Made by a program: the position numbers and the translations under genes. From the NCBI GenBank assembly GCA_025839675.1, contig CP104013.1:3900001-3932000 (forward strand): DNA of 32,000 nt. The letters run 5' to 3'. Shown here one piece after another: positions 25,898 through 32,000 of this stretch; positions within the stretch are counted from its first letter, which is position 1, and the number at the start of each line of letters is the position of its first letter. The stretch is from Candidatus Lokiarchaeum ossiferum. Its GTDB lineage: Archaea > Asgardarchaeota > Lokiarchaeia > Sigyniarchaeales > Promethearchaeaceae. The notes below the pieces were generated by a model. It made no database searches, had not been told where the DNA came from, and saw only the letters and a list, made by a program, of their open reading frames with translations.

Positions 25898-25914
25898 TTT
25901 TCTTTTCTTTTTTT
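25898..25914 (+). terminator. T-rich tract (ends in T7) just after the actin stop codon; candidate terminator
   Basis: taaggcagTTTTCTTTTCTTTTTTT is read directly, 6 nt after the TAA at 25890-25892. Confidence 0.4.
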
Positions 25915-26237
25915 CCCAATTTTTCTCTATTTTTTAAACAATTACTTTCAGTTATTTTTACAAATATACTGTCGAGTGACATTAAAGGTAGTTTAATTGA
26001 AGCTGTAATCGTATCTTTGGGAACAGGCTAAGTTTTATAACAAAAAAAGTTTGCATCCGAAAATCAGAATCATATCGAGTTGTCATATTTCTTTTTAATT
26101 CAATGGTAAAAAACGATTTGCCTATAATTTTGGGTGTGTAGTATCGGTGATTTTTATTTTTTACATAGTAGAATTCTCTTTTCTTTTTATTCAATAATAA
26201 AAAGGTATTAAAAGAATATTGCTAATATGGACTTGCT

Positions 26238-26402
26238 ATGAAACATGATGAAGCGAATCATCATAATCATCTTTGTGAAAAAGCAAAGATTAGTATTGAT
26301 GAAGCATTTGAAGAATTGGTCAAAGATCCAAAATATGTTTGTACTGGGTGTGGCCGAGTTGCTAATGACGCGAGTAGCATATGTTCACCGCGCAAATTAT
26401 AG
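26238..26402 (+). CDS. Small Cys-motif protein (54 aa), not in the supplied ORF track
   Basis: Hand translation: MKHDEANHHNHLCEKAKISIDEAFEELVKDPKYVCTGCGRVANDASSICSPRKL, with a TAG stop. ATG start. His-rich N-terminus, a CxxC knuckle plus two flanking Cys. It occupies an otherwise empty 800-bp gap on the same strand as the next Cys-rich gene. Confidence 0.4.
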   Translation: MKHDEANHHNHLCEKAKISIDEAFEELVKDPKYVCTGCGRVANDASSICSPRKL

Positions 26403-26688
26403 AACTTGAAAAAACCTAATTAAAGAGATAACTTTTTTTTCTTCCATATTATAGCTTAAGAAATCAATCAGCCACTAATTTTGATTGTTTCTATGAAAAT
26501 GTTTTCGATACAGTTGCCGCATACTTGAAGAACAGTTTTTAACTTTGTTTTTGACTGAGAATAATAAAAAAAAAAACACGGCTTCTTGCAGTTATTCAAA
26601 AGCTACAATAATAATCGGAAAAGGAACTTTTTTTGTTATTATTGTAAACGATGACCAGATTTTTAATATTAAAATCATTAATTGACCC

Positions 26689-27102
26689 ATGAAAAAAATC
26701 GGATTACGTCCCCTTGATTCCAATATAATAGGCTATTGCGGAGTTTTTTGTGGCGGCTGTCCATCCTACCATGTAGGAAATTGCCATGGTTGCCGATCAG
26801 TAGACACAAATCAAAAGCGAATATCGAAGTGGAAATGCCGAAAACGATTATGTTGTCTCGAAAAAGATATTTATTCTTGTGGTGATTGCTCTGAACTAAT
26901 AGGCTGCCGACTTAGGAAACCCTTGATAAAGTCCTACCTTAAAAAATATAATCTGAATTTGGATCAGAATGCTCAGAATCTAGCTTTAAAAGGAAATGAA
27001 GAATGGTTGATTGAGCAAAGAACAAAGTATTTATGCCCACAATGTGGGGGAGTGATGTCTCCCTACGAACTTCGCTGCATTCAATGTGGATCTGAAAATT
27101 AA
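26689..27102 (+). CDS. Cys-rich metal-binding protein, DUF3795-like, with C-terminal zinc ribbon
   Basis: 137 aa. GYCGVFCGGCPSYHVGNCHGCRS...CRKRLCCLEKDIYSCGDCSELIGC matches my memory of the DUF3795 cysteine pattern. C-terminal CPQCGG...x11...CIQCG. Confidence 0.6.
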   Translation: MKKIGLRPLDSNIIGYCGVFCGGCPSYHVGNCHGCRSVDTNQKRISKWKCRKRLCCLEKDIYSCGDCSELIGCRLRKPLIKSYLKKYNLNLDQNAQNLALKGNEEWLIEQRTKYLCPQCGGVMSPYELRCIQCGSEN

Positions 27103-27394
27103 AGTTGAAATTAACAAAAAACTGCCAGAGCTGCAGACAATTTTTGAAATTTTTAACTTGGATTAATGAAACAAAAATATTTACTTGACAATTTATATCT
27201 CGTAAAATCATTTGCAATCAAAAATATGTAATATATGAAGAATTTCTGATAATTGCTTCTGGATGGATTGAAAGATGGATTTTTTTTTTTGAGAAATAAT
27301 TAACTATCTTCATTTGTCGGAGAGTTTTTCTATGGCAATTTATATAGACAAAGTGTTTTATTATTAATACCCATAATGATGAGATAAGATTAAG

Positions 27395-28789
27395 ATGAAA
27401 TCCCTTGAAAAATTACTAACTCCCAGAATATCAAACAAAAAAAAATTAATCGTATTAAGTTCGATCTTTGTTTTAATCATCCTTACATGGATTCCAATTA
27501 TGATCAATCCATTGAATGCGATAAAAACAGAGTATCGAACTATGAGTGAGGAACCTATTCCGTTTCTTTATGGACACACAACAGTCATTTCTAATATTGA
27601 CCCACATTTTACCAATAATCCAGAAGCAATTAATTTGATTTTCCAAGTGTGTGAAGGATTATATGTGAATAAATGGAACGGGTCTGAATTTAATATTGAA
27701 AACCAATTAGCAGCAAGTAGTGAAAATGATGAGTTGGGAATGTGGTCTGAAGATATGCTTAATTTTACCGTTAATTTAAAACATGAAATCTACTTTCATG
27801 ATGGAAGTTCGTTTAATGCATCAGTTGTTAAATGGAATTTTGATAGGTTAAGTACTTTTCTACAAAATACTACTGGAAATTATCCTGAATTTGCAGATCT
27901 TTATTATTTCACAAATGAATTCAATTCCAATTCTGAGTTAATAATAAATCGAACTGAAATTGTGAATAATTTCCAAATTCGCTTTGTCTTGAATACCCCT
28001 TACTCAAATTTAACCGACCTATTATGCCATAGTAGTGCAACCATGATGTCTCCTCAAATTTTGAATAGTGATACTCTTAACAAATCCGATACTCTTTTAG
28101 TTGGCACGGGGCCGTATTTGCATGAATTTTCATCAGATATGTTGGAAATCTTCTCATATAATCCTTTATTCTCTGATATCTTTCCTGATATCTCAGAAAT
28201 GCATTGGATTCTTTATGATGATCCATTAAACTTAAATCTCGCCATGCAGTCAGGGGATATTGAAATGATTAGAAATCCATCTTTCAATCAAACTCAAGAA
28301 GGATTCTTTGATATAACACCCACAATTGATTCTCAATGGAATGTAGCTCATTTCTCTTGGACAAGTAATGTTTCTTGTAATAAGAATGGGGCAATTAACT
28401 TCTATAATACGGGTTATTTGAATCAACTATTTCCTAAATGTTGTATATGGGGAATTAATTATTATATCCCGCTCGTGGTTACGAATATTGGTGCATTAGT
28501 TTTAATTGGGCTAATTTCCTCAATCTCAATTATGCATGAAGTTGATTTCATTGATGACAATTCCGCGTTAGTTCAAAAAATGAAACGTAAATTAGTTTCG
28601 TCATCGATTTTAAAATGCAGTTTATCAGTCTTAGTTGTAGTCAGTTGTTTTTCACTTTTGAATTTCATGGTCTCCTGGATGATAGATGATTTTTTCCCTA
28701 TAATAGTTCTAGCTTCAATCATTTTCCTCTTCTATACTATTCGAGATGGGATTTTATTTTATCAAAATTCTAAAAATCAGCAATTGTAA
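27395..28789 (+). CDS. Solute-binding-protein family 5 (OppA/DppA-like) domain protein with N-terminal anchor and about 3 C-terminal TM helices
   Basis: 464 aa. N-terminal hydrophobic LIVLSSIFVLIILTWIPIMI. SBP_bac_5-like blocks: ISNIDPHFTNNPEAINLIFQVCEGLYV, NFTVNLKHEIYFHDGSSFNASVVKWNFDRL, LVGTGPY. The C-terminal third is hydrophobic (GALVLIGLISSISIM, LSVLVVVSCFSLLNFMVSWMI, FFPIIVLASIIFLFYTI). Confidence 0.6.
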   Translation: MKSLEKLLTPRISNKKKLIVLSSIFVLIILTWIPIMINPLNAIKTEYRTMSEEPIPFLYGHTTVISNIDPHFTNNPEAINLIFQVCEGLYVNKWNGSEFNIENQLAASSENDELGMWSEDMLNFTVNLKHEIYFHDGSSFNASVVKWNFDRLSTFLQNTTGNYPEFADLYYFTNEFNSNSELIINRTEIVNNFQIRFVLNTPYSNLTDLLCHSSATMMSPQILNSDTLNKSDTLLVGTGPYLHEFSSDMLEIFSYNPLFSDIFPDISEMHWILYDDPLNLNLAMQSGDIEMIRNPSFNQTQEGFFDITPTIDSQWNVAHFSWTSNVSCNKNGAINFYNTGYLNQLFPKCCIWGINYYIPLVVTNIGALVLIGLISSISIMHEVDFIDDNSALVQKMKRKLVSSSILKCSLSVLVVVSCFSLLNFMVSWMIDDFFPIIVLASIIFLFYTIRDGILFYQNSKNQQL

Positions 28790-28812
28790 ACTTTTTTTTT
28801 TTCCAAAAGCTG

Positions 28813-29496
28813 CTATTCTAAAATTGAATATCCACACAATTTCAATTTTTCTTTTAGTTTTGCTTCCCAATTATCATCGAATGGGCAATAGAGACTTTGT
28901 TGCAAATCTGACGGAATATCAACGGACTCAGTATCATGATAAAGTACCATGACTTTTTCTAATGTCAATTTACCAGCCAGATAACCAAGATCAAAAAATA
29001 AATTCTTTCCCAATGTAGATCCACTATTTAGATTAGGGGATATAACGAAAATAATGAAACCTATATCATTTTTCGACTTCAATCTATCAATTACTGATTT
29101 TCGGGGAGTTTCATTGACATAAAAATATTTTGGAATAAATCGTAACTGTTTTACTGCTTTTTCAACCAATTCTTGCATTTCACTGGCTTCTTCATGCATG
29201 ATATAAATTCTTTGTTTTGACTCCAGCTCACTAATGAAGTTGCGGAGAAAATCGATTAAGTTGGGCCTATTAGTTTGAAGCCAATACATTTCTTTCATAT
29301 ACTTCGCACTGGGGGAATCCTCATGCGTAAATTTTTGACGATTCGTTATGGAAAAGGGTTTATATTGCTCTCCAAAAATCTCTAAAACCAAATTATTTGC
29401 TTTTTCAATTAATTCGGTGAATTGTTCAATTTTTGACCTTTGAATCTCATTCATAAGGGTTCGCAGTCGTGAAATGATTTTTTCTTGATCCTGCAT
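28813..29496 (-). CDS. TIR-like domain protein (COG4271 / PF10137 type) with N-terminal helical region
   Basis: 227 aa from ATG 29496 (the track start at 29589 is a TTG). The C-terminal half matches the TIR-like consensus from memory: RIYIMHEEA (cf. KVFIVHG), IGFIIFVISPN, KNLFFDLGYLAGKLTLEKVMVLY (cf. NVIFELGLFMGRLGRERV), IPSDLQQSLYCPFD (cf. LPSDLAGI.Y..F). Confidence 0.6.
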   Translation of the reverse strand: MQDQEKIISRLRTLMNEIQRSKIEQFTELIEKANNLVLEIFGEQYKPFSITNRQKFTHEDSPSAKYMKEMYWLQTNRPNLIDFLRNFISELESKQRIYIMHEEASEMQELVEKAVKQLRFIPKYFYVNETPRKSVIDRLKSKNDIGFIIFVISPNLNSGSTLGKNLFFDLGYLAGKLTLEKVMVLYHDTESVDIPSDLQQSLYCPFDDNWEAKLKEKLKLCGYSILE

Positions 29497-29632
29497 AGAT
29501 AATATATATATCAATAACTCGAATTTAAATGAAATAGCTGCGAAATTTATTGGGAAACCATTTATACATATTTGTTTCGTAAATACCAAAATTTTCTATA
29601 AGGAAAAAAGCCTAGAAATAGTAGAGAGGATC

Positions 29633-30550
29633 ATGCACATTTTACAAATTGGCGGGACAGGTTTTTTGGGGGCTCATATTGCCCAACGATTAATCGCGAA
29701 AAATCATCAAGTATCCATCCTGACACGCGATACAACACCAACTGTACTCGCAGCTAAAAATTTGCGATTTGATCCGTCCGAAGTTTCATGGATTGAAGGG
29801 GATATTTTAAATATCGATGAGATTGTGTTTTCAGAACGATATGATATGATTGTTTATACAGCCATGGTTCCCTTTAAACCCGGGCGAATTTCAAATCGAC
29901 AATTTAAAGCCTTAGAACATTTGACGCAACAGTATTTTGAGAACACAATTTCCGTAGCCCAAAAAATAGGTTGTCCATTGATTTTAACATCCGGAGCTAA
30001 TTTTGCCACCAAAGATCAAGAAATCGCGGATGAGGAATGGCCAATTGCCAGAACTGGGATGGCTGCTTTGGGGAAGTGTTATGATGAGTTGATTTCCACA
30101 GTAAAATCACAAAATATTATTCCAATAATTGAGATGCTTCCTGCCCAAATTTATGGAAATGGGGGGATGTTTCAGAAGATACTCTCCATGGCAAAAAAAG
30201 GAAAATTGGTAATTCTTGGTGATGGAAATAACTATTTACCACGCATTCATGTGGAAGATTGCGCGGATGCATATGTGCGGGTAATTGAACAAAGACCGAT
30301 AGGCAAGAAATTCATAATTTGTGATGATCAGCCAGTCACCGTCAAGAATTTTATGACTTATCTTGGACAACATTATGGAGTACATCGATATGTGAGAATT
30401 CCCAAATTTATCTTGCGGATAGCGATGGGGAAATACATTTATCACACGTTGATTATGGGTGGGAAGGTTTCAAATCAACGATTGAAGCAAGAAATCGGTT
30501 GGAAACCACGCTATCCAAGTTATAAGGAAGGAATTGATTCGCTGTTATAA
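29633..30550 (+). CDS. NAD(P)-binding epimerase/dehydratase-family protein (atypical SDR)
   Basis: 305 aa. N-terminal Rossmann motif ILQIGGTGFLGAHIAQRL and an extended-SDR layout. I could not find a clean YxxxK catalytic dyad (the region reads TGMAALGKCYDEL), hence atypical. GAGAGGA lies upstream of the ATG. Confidence 0.75.
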   Translation: MHILQIGGTGFLGAHIAQRLIAKNHQVSILTRDTTPTVLAAKNLRFDPSEVSWIEGDILNIDEIVFSERYDMIVYTAMVPFKPGRISNRQFKALEHLTQQYFENTISVAQKIGCPLILTSGANFATKDQEIADEEWPIARTGMAALGKCYDELISTVKSQNIIPIIEMLPAQIYGNGGMFQKILSMAKKGKLVILGDGNNYLPRIHVEDCADAYVRVIEQRPIGKKFIICDDQPVTVKNFMTYLGQHYGVHRYVRIPKFILRIAMGKYIYHTLIMGGKVSNQRLKQEIGWKPRYPSYKEGIDSLL

Positions 30551-30723
30551 AAATATCTCGAGAATAGCGAAGATTGGAATAGTAGATTATATTTTGCCAA
30601 ATTTTATTTTTAGGGAGTCAATAATGGAGATATTCCCAATTTGATTATAAAAAAAGTAGAAGTATAATTGAATAAAAGACGAAATTTATCAAATTTAAGA
30701 TGTAAATTCGTTTGCATCTTCAT

Positions 30724-31707
30724 TTAGCGATAAACTACACTTGAAATGCGATTTACATTTGTGATTAAAGTATTTAGCATAGGTTCATCTAAGGATTGTG
30801 CACCATCACATAATGCTTCATCGGGTGTTGCGGTTGCTTCTATAATAACTCCATCTGCACCCACAGCAATAGCTGCTTGTGCAAGGGGTGTAACTAAAGG
30901 CCGTAATCCCGTTCCATGGGATGGATCTACTATGACTGGGAGATGGGAAACCTGTTTTAGATAGGCTACGGCATTCAAATCTAAAGTGTTTCGAAAAGCG
31001 TTCTCAAAAGTTCGAATTCCTCGTTCACAGAGTATAACATTTTGGTTGCCCCCTGCTAAAATATACTCGGAGGCTAATAAGAACTCATCAACAGTGGATG
31101 ATAATCCTCTTTTGAGCAATATAGGTTTTCTAATTTTTCCACAAGCATCTAAGAGCATATAGTTTTGCATATTTCGTGATCCAATTTGTAAAATATCGGC
31201 ATATTTCGCTACTAATGGAACATCTTCTGCTGTCATTACCTCAGTTACAACAGGTAATCCAACTTCTTTTCCAGCTTCTTGCAAATATTTCAATCCTTCT
31301 TCTTCAAGTCCTCTGAAAGAATGGGGGCTTGTTCGGGGTTTAAATGCACCTCCTCGTAGAATGTGGGCGCCTGCAGCTTTCACAAATCGTGCGGCGCTTT
31401 TGATTTGCAGTTCTGTTTCAATCGCACATGGTCCTGCTATTATCGTAATAGATGAACCTCCAATCCGCGTATTTCCAATAGCGATTACAGTGTCTTCTAG
31501 CTTGAATTCTCGGGATGATAAGTGATGTTTTGATTTAATATCCTTGATTTCCTCGATAATTGGTGAATTTTCGGTCAATTTTTTGGAAACTAAATATCGA
31601 TCATCACCCCAATTAATGATTTTCACTCCTGCTTGACCTCCTCCGAGCTTTTGAATGAATTCGTCTACATCCTTTCGATTCGCATTGCGTTTTATTTTGA
31701 TTAACAT
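30724..31707 (-). CDS. 3-deoxy-7-phosphoheptulonate (DAHP) synthase, type I-beta, with N-terminal ferredoxin-like regulatory domain
   Basis: 327 aa. [58 protein letters not shown] and [10 protein letters not shown] are the classic DAHPS/KDO8PS I-beta blocks. The extra domain of about 70 aa at the N-terminus and the neighbouring trpG favour DAHPS. Confidence 0.9.
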   Translation of the reverse strand: MLIKIKRNANRKDVDEFIQKLGGGQAGVKIINWGDDRYLVSKKLTENSPIIEEIKDIKSKHHLSSREFKLEDTVIAIGNTRIGGSSITIIAGPCAIETELQIKSAARFVKAAGAHILRGGAFKPRTSPHSFRGLEEEGLKYLQEAGKEVGLPVVTEVMTAEDVPLVAKYADILQIGSRNMQNYMLLDACGKIRKPILLKRGLSSTVDEFLLASEYILAGGNQNVILCERGIRTFENAFRNTLDLNAVAYLKQVSHLPVIVDPSHGTGLRPLVTPLAQAAIAVGADGVIIEATATPDEALCDGAQSLDEPMLNTLITNVNRISSVVYR

Positions 31708-31745
31708 GTTTCTCTTTTCCTAAGTTTAGTTTTTTTTTTTCCTGA

Positions 31746-32000
31746 TTACATTTTTAAAAAATTGGCAAGAATTAGAATTCCATTTGGTTTCATCATAATT
31801 GATTCGGGATGAAATTGAACTCCATAAATTGGAAATTCTTTATGTTTTATTGCCATAATTGCTCCATCGTCTGCCATTGCTGCGATTTTCAAATTTTCCG
31901 GTAATAAATCCGCTTTTGTAACTAACGAGTGATAACGGACCACCGAGCAAGGATTTGGAATATCTGCAAAAATTCCTTCTCCATCATGAAAAATTTTTGA
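31746..32000 (-). CDS. trpG: Glutamine amidotransferase subunit of anthranilate synthase (TrpG/PabA type), C-terminal part; gene continues beyond the window
   Basis: The frame is open to the window edge: SKIFHDGEGIFADIPNPCSVVRYHSLV...IMAIKHKEFPIYGVQFHPESI...ILANFLKM. RYHSL and GVQFHPES (catalytic His-x-Glu) are class-I GATase TrpG signatures. TrpG versus PabA cannot be separated by eye. Confidence 0.85.
   Translation of the reverse strand, partial: SKIFHDGEGIFADIPNPCSVVRYHSLVTKADLLPENLKIAAMADDGAIMAIKHKEFPIYGVQFHPESIMMKPNGILILANFLKM

Noticed and set aside
25982-26194. 70-aa basic ORF on the minus strand downstream of actin (MNKKKREFYYVKNKNHRYY...)
   Set aside because: It has a TTG start, a Lys/Phe/Tyr-biased composition expected from translating AT-rich spacer, and no motif. 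It is kept only as a remote possibility.
26400-26402. The TAG stop of the 54-aa ORF as a possible pyrrolysine or read-through codon
   Set aside because: Read-through would add only seven codons before a TAA. No Pyl-related genes are seen in the window, so there is no supporting signal.
1-32000. Search by eye for tRNA/rRNA genes, CRISPR repeats, transposases/integrases, and inverted or direct terminal repeats
   Set aside because: No GC-rich cloverleaf-like islands occur in the intergenic regions. No regularly spaced direct repeats and no DDE or tyrosine-recombinase-like ORFs were found. I therefore report none. A tRNAscan/Infernal run would be the decisive check.

Overview
Gene-dense, visibly AT-rich archaeal chromosomal segment. 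I call about 33 protein-coding genes on both strands, separated by short poly-T/poly-A rich spacers. I found no rRNA, tRNA, CRISPR array, transposase or integrase by eye. The clearest taxonomic marker is a full-length, intronless, eukaryote-like actin (24747-25892, ending IHRCF). Together with the composition and archaeal-style gene organisation, it points to an Asgard (Lokiarchaeia-like) genome; this is an inference, not a search result. Most of the window is housekeeping or envelope content. Recognisable enzymes and kinases: M28 peptidase, alpha/beta hydrolase, RIO kinase, S51 peptidase, HAD hydrolase, glycerol-kinase-like FGGY kinase, rhodanese, GDPD phosphodiesterase and a P-loop kinase. 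Also present: a PD40 beta-propeller, an SDR epimerase-like protein, DAHP synthase and the 3' part of trpG. The stand-out is a tight four-gene operon at 16601-19932. It encodes an E2-like (UBC-like) protein, an intact JAMM/MPN+ metalloprotease, a compact ThiF/MoeB-type E1-like adenylase and an orphan helical protein. No recognisable ubiquitin-like modifier is present. The operon is flanked by a divergent zinc-ribbon orphan and a convergent protein with a disordered tail carrying six xPF motifs. This looks like a prokaryote-style minimal ubiquitin-like conjugation module of undefined modifier, target and function. Its gene order resembles Bil or CBASS-associated E2/JAB/E1 sets. Secondary items: a 1432-aa hyper-acidic secreted protein with three PPC-like repeats and a PGF-CTERM-like tail; a COG4271/PF10137-type TIR-like protein; a proline-punctuated amphipathic repeat protein next to glycerol-3-phosphate-related enzymes; a three-gene membrane operon with duplicated gene junctions; and a 54-aa Cys-motif ORF absent from the supplied ORF track. 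All functional calls rest on motifs read by eye and on family consensus recalled from memory. No database search was run.
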